NCBI RefSeq assembly: GCF_004010195.1
Contig: NC_057717.1
Span: forward strand, 103,387,025 to 103,451,024
Length of the DNA: 64,000 nucleotides
Source: Chiloscyllium plagiosum
Taxonomy: Eukaryota
Reading direction: 5' to 3'
Below the pieces are notes generated by a model. That model made no database searches and was not told the origin of the DNA. It saw nothing but the letters and a program-made list of their open reading frames with translations. Below, piece by piece: positions 1 through 13,485 of this stretch (the stretch's first letter is position 1; every line of letters starts with the position of its first letter). The position numbers were made by a program, and so were the translations under genes.

Positions 1-246
1 TTGCACCATCCCCCGTCCCCTTGTACCATTCCCCCCTCCCCTTTCACCGTTCCCCCTGCCCTGACCATCAGTGCTGAGTTGGATGTGTGCTCAGTGTGCC
101 TTCCCTGAACACCAACATTTATGCCAAGCCCTTCTTAATTGAAACGCGTTGCTGGCCTTTGACCTGTTCTCCAGCCCAATCTGTTGAACATTCCCAAAAA
201 GATTTGAATGTTTGAATAACTTGTGATCTGATCTAGCCCGAAGTAA

Positions 247-408
<162 letters not shown>

Positions 409-1413
409 TAGAAATGATCAGAAGGATGTTGCGGTACAGAAAAGTTGGTTTGACCTTGTGGCTTCGACCAGATCATTACACACGTGCCCAGCAGAGGGAG
501 ACGGGTCACGGAGTTTACTTGTTTATTTAGTGAACTCTGGATGGAACGTAGTTGTGGGAAAGATGGACGACTGAAGGGATGATTTGGAGAAGAATTTGGA
601 GTGCTGTGGTTTGAAAATGTGATTCCTCTACCAAGTGGTTGAACTATTATTCACTTAGAATCTTCAAGACCCACTCCTCAATTATTTCCATTTAAAAGTT
701 TTCCATGATTATGATTCTGCAATTAGACAGCATATGTTAAATAACCCCAATTCTTCTAAGATTGGCAACTGATTTGAGGGACTTGCAGTGCGGGTGCTGG
801 AAGGTTACTCTAGTAATACACAGGGCCCTGGTTCTTTGTACATATGACACCCATTTCAACTCAGCAAAATAGGACAGCCATTCATTGCCTTGGGAAATGA
901 ACCAATCAGAGTCAATCTGCTTCATTTAAATTTAAGCAAAGCTTGGCATTTAATTGTCAGTCATCGTGCAACAAGTGCATTCCATAAAGCAATGCCTCTA
1001 CCATTCAGAGCCCACTTGCCAACAAATCAACACCCTCCTCTCACACAGCGTGGTTGCTGTTTTCCCTTTACATTGCTATTCTTGGAAATTGTCCTGACAA
1101 AGAGCTTTGGCAAATTGTGTTGCCTTTCAGAATTATTCAAGTTCTGCATGACTTATATATCAGAGCTCCTGCCTCAGCGGCTCCTGCCTGGTTTAGCTTT
1201 TGGTGCACAGATAAATTTAGGTTGATTACGGATATTAGTCTGTGAAATGACACAATTAATGCAGAAACCATGCACAGAACAGCCAGAGAGTATAACTGTT
1301 TCTGGGTCCCTCCCTACCAATGTGCCGACCTGCCTGGACACACATCTAGTGATTTGAGAAAATTATGTAGAATTGAAAGGAGAGAAAGAACCAATTTTGT
1401 TCCCTTTGACCTT

Positions 1414-3140
1414 CCTCACCTGTAGAACTGATCTCCCACTGTAGGAACATCCTCACCTGTAGAACTGATCTCCCACTGTAGGAACATCCTCATCTGTACA
1501 ACTGCTCTCTGACTGTAGGAACATCCGCCCCTGTAGAACTGATTTCCCACTGTAGGAACATCCTCACCTGTAGAACTGATCTCCCACTGTAGGAACATCC
1601 TCACCTGTACAACTGCTCTCTGACTGTAGGAACAGCCTCATCTATAGAATTGATCTCCCGCTGTAGGAACATCCTCATCTGTAGAACTGATCTCCCACTG
1701 TAGGAACATCCGCACCTGTAGAACTGATCTCCCACTGTAGGAACATCCTCACCTGTAGAACTGATCTCCCACTGTAGGACATCCACCCCTGTAGAACTGC
1801 TCTCTGACTGTAGGAACATCCCCACCTGTAGAACTGCTCTCTGACTGTAGGAACATCCTCACCTGTAGAACTGATCTCCCACTGTAGGACATCCCCACCT
1901 GTAGAACTGCTCTCTGACTGTAGGAACATCCCCACCTGTAGAACTGATCTCCCACTGTAGGACATCCCCACCTGTAGAACTGCTCTCTGACTGTAGGAAC
2001 ATCCCCACCTGTAGAACTGCTCTCTGACTGTAGGAACATCCTCACCTGTAGAACTGATCTCCCACTGTAGGACATCCCCACCTGTAGAACTGCTCTCTGA
2101 CTGTTGGAACATCCTCACCTGTAGAACTGATCTCCCACTGTAGGAACATCCTCACCTGTAGAACTGATCTCCCACTGTAGGACATCCCCACCTGTAGAAC
2201 TGCTCTCTGACTGTAGGAACATCCCCACCTGTAGAACTGCTCTCTGACTGTTGGAACATCCTCACCTGTAGAACTGATCTCCCACTGTAGGAACAGCCTC
2301 ACCTGTAGAACTGATCTCCCACTGTAGGAACATCCGCACCTGTAGAACTGATCTCCCACTGTAGGAACATCCTCACCTGTAGAACTGATCTCCCACTGTA
2401 GGAACATCTTCACCTGTAGAACTGCTCTCTGACTGTTGGAATATCTTCACCTGTAGAACTGATCTCTGACTGTTGGAACATCCTCACCTGTAGAACTGAT
2501 CTCCCACTGTAGGAACATCCGCACCTGTAGAACTGATCTCCCACTGTAGGAACATCTTCACCTGTAGAACTGATCTCCCACTGTAGGAACATCTTCACTT
2601 GTAGAACTGCTCTCTGACTGTTGGAACATCCTCACCTGTAGAACTGCTCTCTGACTGTAGGAACATCCCCACCTGTAGAACTGCTCTCTGACTGTAGGAA
2701 CATCCTCACCTGTAGAACTGGTGTTCCACTGTAGGAACATCCTCACCTGTACAACTGCTCTCTGACTGTCTGAACAGCCTCATCTATAGAATTGATCTCC
2801 CACTGTAGGAACATCCTCACCTGTAGAACTGCTCTCTGACTGTTGGAACATCCTCACCTGTAGAACTACTCTCTGACTGTTTGAACATCCTCACCTGTAG
2901 AACGGCTCTCTGACTGTTGGAACATCCTCACCTGTACAACTGCTCTCTGACTGTTAGAACATCCTCATCTGTAGAACTGATCTCCCACTGTAGGAACATC
3001 CGCACCTGTAGAACTGATCTCCCACTGTAGGAACATCCTCACCTGTAGAACTGATCTCTGACTGTAGGAACATCCTCACCTGTAGAACTGATCTCCCACT
3101 GTAGGAACATCCTCACCTGTAGAACTGGTGTCCCACTGTA
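1414..3140. repeat. Intronic minisatellite, 36-37-bp unit, about 46 copies
   Basis: Unit cctcacctgtagaactgatctcccactgtaggaacat, interspersed with the variant ...ctgctctctgactg... Confidence 0.97.
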
Positions 3141-4599
3141 TGATCTTCCTCAGTCTGTGGGAGATCATTCCAAGTCATTCCCCACCTGTCGTGTGGTCAG
3201 TCACAAAGCAGTCCCCCTGATATGTGAATACCTTCAACTAAGAGTAACAGATGTCACAGTTACATATATTTCCATCAGTCAAAGCTATTTTGCTCTGATG
3301 ATCACTAATGAAATATTAATCTTCTAATGTTAGGGATGTCACTCATGTTGAGCAACTGGCTGTATTTATTATTGTGTCTTTTGCAACAGCTTCCCTGGTA
3401 ATGACCCATTTAGCATTCATGGTGAGCTCGAGGTAATTAATTGGTATGTTACTGATGACACTGCAATGGTTTATGTTCTGACGGTGGGATTAATAGGTTG
3501 TTCTTAAATAATCTACATCAGTAATTATAAGTGAATGATGCCACTGTTGCTAAATTGTTGACTAATCTAACTGTGCCCAGTTGATATTAATTAATATCAC
3601 AATGTTTCAGCATTTAGGAGTCGCAATAAATTGAACCTTTACAGAGTAATGCTTAGCTGGTGAGTGACACTCCCTGACGAGCCACAAAGGAATAATATTC
3701 CTGCTCTAAATTAGAGTTTTCACATTCCCAGGAAGCTCAGCTCATGGAGATGTTCCTGTCAGATTATGGAATCACTTCCAAAGGCATCCGTTGTCTATGT
3801 AACTCCCTGCACAGTTGTGTGCCAGGAGTAAATGGACCCCTTGTATTATTTTGGCAGAAGGAGAGTTGCGCTCCTCAAGACGACAATATAGTTTGGGAAA
3901 TCAAGCGGCCCCAAGAACAGTACAAATATGGGGTTAGGCACAGGATAAAGGTCTCCTTGTTCTACCCCATTGCAAGTGTGGAGCTCTCTCTGCTTTTTAT
4001 CCAGTCCAAACGGCAAAAACAATCTGCCATTGTGGTGTCCCATTCCACACAGCTGTCTAACCCCGATTTTTCCATTCCTTATGAGCAATTCTTTGTTGCG
4101 TGCAGACGAATAAATTTATGAGTGCTGTCTGGAAGATAAAAGTGTAAGAAATAGGAGCAGGAGTTGGCCATTTGGCCCATCAAAATTGCCCCACCCTTTT
4201 GTAAGATACGTTGCAGGTGTCAACTGCTTTTCATGCCAGCTCCTCATATCGGCTCCTCAAGTGTTTCAAACTTACAGCCCTCTCCTTTTTTAAATACTTC
4301 CAGGGATCTAACCTCGATGACTCTCTGCAGTAAAGAGATGTAGACATTTACTACGGTTTGGGGAAGAAATTCCTTCACACCTCTGTTTTATATGAGTTCC
4401 CCCTTTATTCTGTAACTATGTTCCCGAGTTGGAGCTTCTCTTCAGTAGATAGAAATTTCTTCTCAGCATCCAGCCTGTCAAGCCCCCTCAGAAAGTAAAA
4501 TCTGGTGAGATGCTGGCTCAGGATTAATAAAAATGTGCAGTAAAACAGGGGTAATGAACTGGAGCCATCCATCGAATCCAGAAAATATGTTGTGAGTTC

Positions 4600-4930
4600 C
4601 ACTGTTGGAATATTGTGTGCAATTCTGGTCTCCTTCCTATCGGAAAGATGTTGTGAAACTTGAAAGGGTTCAATATAAAAGAGACCTAAGAGGCAACTTT
4701 TTCACACAGAGGGTGGTACGTGTATGGAATGAGCTGCCAGAGGAAGTGGTGGAGGCTGGTACAATTGCAACATTTAAGAGGAATTTGGATGGGTATATAA
4801 ATAGGAAGGGTTTGGAGGGATATGGGCCGGGTGCTGGCAGGTGGGACTAGATTGGGTTGGGATATCTGGTTGGCGTGGACAGGTTGGACCGAAGGGTCTA
4901 TTTCCATGCTGTACATCTCTATGACTCTAT
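4600..4930 (+). mobile_element. CR1 (HER1-like) LINE 3' fragment, internally deleted
   Basis: LEYCVQFWSP..KDVVKLERVQ joined directly to RGNFFTQRVVRVWNELP; ctctatga tail. Confidence 0.9.
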
Positions 4931-4934
4931 CATC

Positions 4935-5220
4935 CCACCACAGTAGTTGGTGATATTTGAATTGAAAGTCAGCCTAATAATGGTGACTGCGAAATCATTG
5001 CCTTTTACGAAAGGAAATCTGCAGTCTTTACCCAGTCTGGCCTACTCCAGACACACAGCAATGTGCTGGACTGCTGTCCCCTTAGCTGTCCTCTTGCACG
5101 GCTGAGTGTGACTCTCAGTTCCACCGCTGTGGATCCAGGCAGCAGTGATTATGGATTGGTGGGAGATACTGGACAAGCCAGCAATGCTCGCGTCCCAATA
5201 ATGGATAGCACAATTCATGC
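4935..5220 (+). mobile_element. tRNA-type SINE family 2 fragment
   Basis: Core ggaaatctgc..ttacc..gtctggccta..ctccagac.cacagcaatgtg, shared with 6025-6150, 13150-13485 and 30715-31260. Confidence 0.65.
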
Positions 5221-6169
5221 TGGCATTTTCACGTGTAAAGAAAATGGAGGCAAGACAACAGGAAGTGAACATCAGACAGTCATTAATACGGTCATCCAGG
5301 AATTCTGGAGAAAGTCCTTTTGGTGACAATGGTCAATGTACACCGGGTGGGGGGGGGGGTCGGGAATTAGCACAACAGGAAGCCCAACAAATCCATGAGT
5401 GGGGAAAGAAACGGGAAGATACGCTGAGGCTGAGATGAAGAGGATGGGGGGAGGTGGGTGCGGAGTGTGAAGACGGGGTTGGGACAAATAGATTAGAAGA
5501 TCTGCCCTCACCTGCCATCCTCCTGGTGCCCATGCATTGGTTGGGAGTGTTCATTGTCTGATGAAACTTGAGGAAGCAATGACCTGAAATGCTGAGATGA
5601 CAGCTTTACCAGAGGGGCTAAGAGTCTTACAAGACACAGTATCGATCAAGCCAGACTCCAATTTGTAAAGGTGCGCAGAGCACAATGGCTCTGTTGGAAC
5701 CCAAAAACAAAAAGGTTAGCAAACACATTTGGACTGCCAGCCACTCAGACCTAAAACCAACAACATGTCGAGCTGATTAGTCAGACTAGTGTATGGTTAA
5801 GCATTAAAATCAGCTTGGGGAATTCATTAATGCTCACTGTTCAACATTGCACTGATGTCACAGTGGAACAGAATGCCTTTGAATCTCAGCGGATTTGGCC
5901 TTATAGCACTCACCAACTCCTTTCTTTCTCTTTGTAACTTTGAACAATTATCAAATCGCTAATTAGTTTCTGTGAGAAACACCAGCCGTGATCTGATTGA
6001 TGGATTGACTGACTCAACAGAATCCCATCCTTACCTGGTCTGGCCTACATGTGACTCCAGACCCACAGCAATGTGGTTGACTCTTAACTGCCCTCTAGGG
6101 TAATTAGGGATGGGCATTAAATGTTGCCCGAGCCAGTGATGCCCACATCCTGTCCAGGAATAATAAGAA

Positions 6170-6381
6170 CTGAAAATGTGTTGCTGGAAAAGCGCAGGTC
6201 AGGCAGCATCCAAGGAGCAAGAGAATTGACGTTTCGGGCATGAGCCCTTCTTCATTCCTGAAGAAAGACTCATGCCCGAAACGTCGATTCTCCTGCTCCT
6301 TGGATGCTGCCTGACCTTCTGCGCTTTTCCAGCAACACATTTTCAGCTCTGATCTTCAGCATCTGCAGTCCTCACTTTCTC
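6170..6381. mobile_element. Penelope-like terminal-repeat fold-back insert (family A) with hammerhead remnants
   Basis: Inverted arms about 6170-6254 and 6259-6347; exact 16-bp TSD ccaggaataataagaa at 6154-6169 and 6382-6397. Confidence 0.85.
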
Positions 6382-6453
6382 CCAGGAATAATAAGAAGGC
6401 TGTTACCTCCTGCTAATGTTGCTGTGTTCACACTGTTCTATTTGTCTTTTTAG

Positions 6454-7131
<678 letters not shown>

Positions 7132-7241
7132 TGTCGTGATTGGACACTCCTTTTTACATTTAAGCATACCGATACTTATAAAAGAGGAAACAACAGACTG
7201 TTCAGTGTGAGTGCGCATGGTTTCTTTTTGTGTTACCGAAC

Positions 7242-7247
7242 AATAAA
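7242..7247 (+). promoter_or_regulatory. Candidate OLFM2 polyadenylation signal
   Basis: AATAAA 110 nt after the stop, followed by U/GU-rich sequence. Confidence 0.55.
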
Positions 7248-7564
7248 GTTTAACTTTGAAATGGACAAATTAGTTGGTGTCTCATGGATGCTCTCAGTTA
7301 AAGGGACAGCCAGTTGCAAGTGTGATTGATATAAACACAGAGAATGCTGGGGAAACTCAGCACGTCTGCGCAGAGAGCAGCAGAGTTAACGTTTTGAGCC
7401 CAGTGTGTAGGACAGGGCAAAACAGAAAGTACATTGGAAAAATCACCATTGTTAGGTGGCACTGAAGCTTCAGTCTCATATTGTTGATTGAGCTCAATAT
7501 TATTTAAATCAGAAAAGACTGCAGAACGCTGCAGTATAGAAGGACTTGGTGGCCCTTAGATATT

Positions 7565-7770
7565 GAGCCATACAACCCAGAAACAGATCCTTCAGTCCAT
7601 GCCAAACAGTTTTCTTAAACTGAACTAGTCGCATTTGCCTGTGTTTGGCCCATATTAAACCTTCCCTATTCATGTACCTGCCCAAATGTTTTGAAGTGTT
7701 GTAATTGTACCAGCACTTCCACGTCCTCGGGCAGTTCGATCTGTACACACACTACCAATGTACAAAAAGC
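7565..7770 (-). mobile_element. CR1 LINE 3' end
   Basis: Reverse complement of the CR1 tail (ccttccctattcatgtac...gtaccagc). Confidence 0.8.
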
Positions 7771-8269
7771 TAGCCCATTCAGTGGACAGCAGGGAAGGTA
7801 AATGGAATGTGGGCCTTTATTTCAAAGGGAATTGAGCAGGCATTTATATGGAACGTGTGAGTAAAGGCAAGGCCCCTGTGGATACCGAAAATAGAAATTG
7901 CTGGAGAAACTCCGGCAGCATCTGTGGAGAGAGAAACTGAGTTAACGTTTCAAGTCTGGTATGACTCTTTAGACTCCTCACAGGGAATATCTGTTCATCC
8001 AAACAGTCATATAATCTCAAATGCATAGAAAGGAAATTATGCTAGAGGACCTTTCTCTTATGTTGCCTTGTACATTGGTTTCAACATTTTCATAGTGACT
8101 TTGTTGACCCGATGGAGGTTTTTAAAATTTGACAGAGTTAGAAAAGGGCTCTTCATTTGCGAGGGAATCTGAAATTCTGGTAATCATTGTAAGATGGTCA
8201 GTAATGAATCCAGCAGGGAATCCGAGAGATCTGCTATAGCAAGGATGCTGTGAAGCTTGAAAGCTTTGT

Positions 8270-8581
8270 GGGCGGCACGGTGGCACAGTGGTTAGCACTG
8301 CTGCCTCACAGCACCTGAGACCCGGGTCCAATTCCCGCCTCAGGCGACCCACTGTGTGGAGTTTGCACGTTCTCCCCGTGTCTGCGTGGGTTTCCTCCGG
8401 GTGCTCCGGTTTCCTCCCACAGTCCAAAGATGTGCAGGTCAGGTGAATTGGCCATGCTAAATTGTCCATAGTGTTAGGTAAGGGGTAAATGTAGGGGTAT
8501 GGGTAGGTTGCGCTTCGGCGGGTCGGTGTGGACTTGTTGGGCCGAAGGGCCTGTTTCCACACTGTAATGTAATCTAATCTA
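8270..8581 (+). mobile_element. HE1-type V-SINE, full length
   Basis: tRNA head gggcggcacggtggcacagtggttagcactg with B-box-like ggtccaattccc; V-domain gtgtggagtttgcacgttctccccgtg; (aatct)n tail. Confidence 0.92.
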
Positions 8582-8590
8582 AAAAAAAAA

Positions 8591-9070
8591 AAGATTTACA
8601 AGGATATTGCCAGGGTTAAAGGGTTGTGCGACAGGAAGAGGCTGACTAGGCTGGGTTTTTTTTTCCCTGGAGCGTTGGAGACTGAGGGGTGACCTCATAG
8701 AGGTTTATAAAATCATGACGGGCATGGGTAGGGTAAATAGTCAAGGTATTTTCCCTGGGGTGGGGGATTCCAAAACTAGAGGATACAGGTTTAAGGTGAC
8801 AGGACAAAGATTGAAAAGCGAGCTAAGGGGCAGCTTTTTCACGCAGACAGTGGAGTATGTGTGGAATGAGCTGTCAGAGGAAGTGGTGGAGGCTGGTACA
8901 ATTACAGCATTTAAAAGGCATCTGGATGGGTATAGGAATAGGAAGGGATTAGAGGGATATGGGATAAATGCTGGCAAATAGAACGAGATTAGTTTAGGTT
9001 ATCTGGTCAGCATGGACAAGTTGGACTGAAGGGTCTGTTTCTGTGCTGTACATCTCTATGACTCTATAAC
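8591..9070 (+). mobile_element. CR1 LINE 3' fragment
   Basis: LRGDLIEVYKIM...FFTQ..VWNEL..HLDGY; ctctatga tail. Confidence 0.9.
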
Positions 9071-9299
9071 TCTATATCTATCTCCCCAGGAAGTGGGGAG
9101 AATGTGGAGCTCTCTGGAGCAGGCAGTGATGAAGGCAAACAACATGAATGGGTTAAAGGGGAAAAACATGAGAACAGAAGAATATACTAACAGACTGAGA
9201 TGAAGCAGGCGGCATGGGGGGGATTCAAACAGAGTATTAACACTGGTATGGAACGGGGGCGGGTGGGGAGGTCAGGCTGTTCCCGTACTGAAAACATCA

Positions 9300-9480
9300 A
9301 ACGCTGGAGATTACAGCAGGTCAGGCAGCATCCATGGAGAGAGAGCAAGCTGACGTTTCAAGTCTAGATGACTCTGCTGAAGAGTCTCTCTCTCTCTCTC
9401 TCTCTGCAGATGCTGGCTGACCTGCTATGATTTGCAGCAATTTTCATTTTCAGTCCAGATTCCAGTATCTGCAGTAATTT
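9300..9480. mobile_element. PLE terminal-repeat fold-back insert (family B-like)
   Basis: cagcaggtcaggcagcatcc ... gatgctggctgacctgct inverted arms around gacgtttc. Confidence 0.65.
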
Positions 9481-10166
9481 GCTCCGACCTGGCCTGTTCC
9501 TGCTGTCATTTTTCACACCGAAACCCGCCCCCCCCCCCCAGTGAGTTTATCATACATCGAGATGTCACCATGATGTACAGCCTGATTCTACACTCAGAGC
9601 AATGCATCCTGACTCTTTCGCATCTTATGTGAAATAGGTCACTGCGAATTACATTAAAGTCTCTCCTTACTATAATTTCTCTTGAAGTCGATGAATTCCT
9701 CCACATTGTCTGATTGTGGCAGCCCGAGCTCAGTTATTTTAAACAGAATCACTCAGGGGAGAATCGAGAAATGCCAATCAATTTGAACAATATCTCCCTT
9801 AATAACATTTGAGAATATGACAGCTCTGCAGGGCCTGTTTCCTATTTAACTTTGGAGATGCAGCTGAAACACCAGAAATAACATTTAACGCGCTCATAAT
9901 CAATGATGCACAGCATTGAATTGGTCAATCCTCCCAAGTATCCATTGCTTCATTTTTCACATTAATGAGCCCAAATGTATAAAGCAATTTCATTTTGAGA
10001 TGCCTCTCTGAACGACTTCAGAGTCGCTGTCAAATAAGGTCAGACCATAATATACAACAGTGCGTTTGTCTTATTGGAGTGTGGTTGAACCCACTCAAAT
10101 CCTGATGGAAGCCAAGTAAAGGAACTGGATTTAAAATCTAAAGTCCAGGCTGACAGGAGCCGAAAG

Positions 10167-11115
10167 AGAACCACAGAACACACCAGATGGCCTCCTTCTT
10201 TAGAGACCGCAATTTCCCTTCCCACGTGGTTAAAGATGCCCTCCAACGCATCTCGTCCACATCCCGCACCTCCGCCCTCAGACCCAACCCCCCCAACCGC
10301 AACAAGGACAGAACGCCCCTGGTGCTCACCTTCCACCCAACCAACCCTCGCATAAACCAAATCCCATCCGCCGACATTTCTGCCACCTCCAAANNNNNNN
10401 NNNNNNNNNNNNNNNNNNNNNNNNNNNNNNNNNNNNNNNNNNNNNNNNNNNNNNNNNNNNNNNNNNNNNNNNNNNNNNNNNNNNNNNNNNNNNNNNNNNN
10501 NNNNNNNNNNNNNNNNNNNNNNNNNNNNNNNNNNNNNNNNNNNNNNNNNNNNNNNNNNNNNNNNNNNNNNNNNNNNNNNNNNNNNNNNNNNNNNNNNNNN
10601 NNNNNNNNNNNNNNNNNNNNNNNNNNNNNNNNNNNNNNNNNNNNNNNNNNNNNNNNNNNNNNNNNNNNNNNNNNNNNNNNNNNNNNNNNNNNNNNNNNNN
10701 NNNNNNNNNNNNNNNNNNNNNNNNNNNNNNNNNNNNNNNNNNNNNNNNNNNNNNNNNNNNNNNNNNNNNNNNNNNNNNNNNNNNNNNNNNNNNNNNNNNN
10801 NNNNNNNNNNNNNNNNNNNNNNNNNNNNNNNNNNNNNNNNNNNNNNNNNNNNNNNNNNNNNNNNNNNNNNNNNNNNNNNNNNNNNNNNNNNNNNNNNNNN
10901 NNNNNNNNNTATACTCTATGCTACTTTCTCCCCACCACCACCCCCATCTCATTTATCTCTCCACCCTGCAGGCACCCTGCCTCTATTCCTGATGAAGTGC
11001 TTTTGCCTGAAACGTCGATTTTGCTGCTCCTTGGATGCTGCCTGAACTGCTGCGCTCTTCCAGCACCACTCTGATCTAAACTCTGGTTTCCAGCATCTGC
11101 AGTCATTGTTTTTAC
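10167..11115 (+). mobile_element. 5'-truncated Penelope-like retroelement (family A), spanning an assembly gap
   Basis: ORF remnant FFRDRNFPSHVV...RTPLVLTFHP resembles the PLE RT/GIY-YIG linker. 3' terminal repeat has ctgatga..gaaacgtc at 10989-11016. 17-bp TSD (2 mismatches) at 10150-10166 and 11116-11132. Confidence 0.85.
10394..10909. other. Assembly gap
   Basis: N run. Confidence 1.
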
Positions 11116-11254
11116 CTGACTGGAGCCAAAAGCCTTGCTCCTTCAGATTGTGGTCCACCAGGGTCTATCTGGGCCTGATAACTGCAGGAGTGAAGCTCAG
11201 TTTTCCAAGCAGAATATGAGGCAAAATACCCCTCCGCTGCACGCCTGAAAGGGA

Positions 11255-11571
11255 TCATAGAATCCGCATAGTGTGGAAGCAGGCCATTCAGCCCACACCA
11301 ACCCTCTGAAGAGTATCCCATCCCTACCCCTGCATTTTCATTGACTAACTCCCCCAGGCCTGCACTTCATGGGAAATTTAGCACGACCAATCCACCGTAA
11401 CCTGCCCATCTTCGGACTGTGGGAGGAAACCAGAGCACCGAGAGGAAACTCACGCAGACACGAGGAGAATGTACAAACTCTACACAGACAGTCACCTGAG
11501 GTGAGGAATCGCACCTGGGTCCCTGGCACTGTAAGGCAGCAGTGCTAACCACTGAGCCACCGTGCCGCCCC
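11255..11571 (-). mobile_element. HE1-type V-SINE
   Basis: Ends agtgctaaccactgagccaccgtgccgccc (reverse complement of the head); V-domain present. Confidence 0.9.
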
Positions 11572-12177
11572 AGACTCATTGCTCTGCCAAAGCGAACCTA
11601 ACCTGGACTCGTGGCCAAAGGCACGCCACAACCAGAAATCAGATTGGTCACGATAAAGTTCGGGCAAACCGCAGCCGAGAGCCGAATTGGCAGCAGCTTG
11701 TCACTTCTGGATGACAAGCGAGCAGTAAAATAGAGGTGACAACGCACGTGTGCAGTGTGACCCTCAGTCAGTTTGGGCGAATTTCCAAATCAACCCGTTA
11801 TGACGCACCTCCCTCCCTCCCTCAGCGAGATTTGGAACATTCATGAAAAATCTCAGAGTAGTTGTGATTACAAAGCACTTGCCAAATCCGAGGTGCTGAC
11901 AATCCAATGACATCCAATAAAAATTTTACACTTTGAGCTTGGACTATGCTAAGCTTTGATAAACCGGAATTTACAAGTTTAATCTTGGCAGATGCTACTG
12001 AAGTTCAATTTGCTCAACTTGTTTAATTCCTTTTTGCAAATTTGAAGTCTCAAACAGGTTTGCTCAGAGCTAATTGGATTGACTTGAACTAATGAGCTGG
12101 AAGAACACGGTCTGTGGATTTGAATCTCGGGTTCAAATGTAAAGAAAAGGACATTGGAACTTCTTTATTGTCTATTA

Positions 12178-12575
12178 GAGTCACTGAGTCATACAGTACA
12201 GAGACGTACCCTTCGGTCCAACCAGTCCACACTGACCATAATCCCAAACTAAACTACTTCCTGCCTGCCTGCTCCTGGCCCCATATCCCTCCAAACCTTT
12301 CCTATTTGTGTATCCATCTAAATGTCTTTTAAATATCCCCGCATCCATCACTTTCTGGGGAAGGTCATTCCACACACGAACCACTCTCTGGGTAAAACAA
12401 GTTGCCCCACATGTCCTTTTTAAATCCTTCTCCTCTCACCTTAAAAATATGCTCCCTACTTTTGACTTCCTCATCCTAGGGAAAAGACTCTCTCATTCAC
12501 CTTATCTATGATTTGTTAAACCTCGGGGAAGTCACCCCTCAACCTCCTCAGCTGCAGTGAAATAAGTCCCAGTAT
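12178..12575 (-). mobile_element. CR1 LINE 3' fragment
   Basis: VRVWNDLP..FKRHLDGY on the minus strand. Confidence 0.85.
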
Positions 12576-13149
12576 TTCTTTCTCCCACCCTTCTCTTTGC
12601 GTTATTACTATGTCATTGTTGCAAGAGTGAAATGTGGTGGCTGCTGAAAATCTGAAAGGACCAGAAAAATGCTGCAAATACTCAGTGTCTGCGTAAGAGA
12701 GAAACTTTTCAGGTTGGTCACGACTTAATTTCCCCTTGGCTATTGCAGACACTGCAGTGTCTCTTGCTGTCTGGATCTCCAACACTGTTCACACATGCAA
12801 GTTTTTTTAGTCAGCTACCTGACAGAGCAAATAAGCCTCTTGAAAGGAGCTCATGGTGAATGCCCCACTGCAGGAGAACAGTTGGCACATTGCTGGAAAG
12901 GTAAAAGAACCAATCACTGCAGATGCGAGTTCAAATCCCACCAGGGAATTAAATGTAATTAATTATTGGCTGAAAAGCTGGTCTCTGTAATGGTGGCCAT
13001 GAAACTAAAATGATGAAACTCCATTTGGGTCACCAGTGTCCATGAGTGAATACAATCTACTGTTCTTGCCCAGCTACTGTGACTTCAGATTCACAGCAAA
13101 GTGGTTGCCTTTTAAGTCTTCAAGTGATCACATTACAATGTCTCCGGGG

Positions 13150-13485
13150 TCAGAGTCCAGAGGCACGGGCTAATCTCAGGCTGTAGGGATTCAAATTCCA
13201 TCATTGCAGCTGGTGGAGGTTAAATTCAATTAACAAGGTCGAGAATTAAAAGCTGGCCTCAGCAATATGACACTGTCATTGAACGTTCTTAAAATCCCGT
13301 CTGGTTCACCGATGTCCTTTGGGTAGGGGGGAGGGTGAAGTCTGCCGTCCTTACCTGCTCTGGCCTACACGTGACTCCAGACCCACAGCAATTTGGCTCA
13401 TTCTAAACTGCCCTCTGAAATGATGTCACAAGCTGCTCAAAGGACAACTCGGGTTGGGCAACAAATGCTAGTGACACCTATCTGT
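13150..13485 (+). mobile_element. tRNA-type SINE family 2, with a degenerate tandem copy at 12925-13120
   Basis: ggattcaaattcc B-box; core tctgccgtccttacc..tggcctacacgtgactccagacccacagca; tail gggcaacaaatgct. Confidence 0.7.

Noticed and set aside
1416..2746. Multiple minus-strand ORFs with repeated peptides; CRISPR-like 37-bp periodicity
   Set aside because: Head-to-tail minisatellite with no unique spacers and no cas genes, in a vertebrate intron
8270..8345. tRNA-like sequences at SINE heads
   Set aside because: They continue into V-SINE bodies and are not tRNA genes
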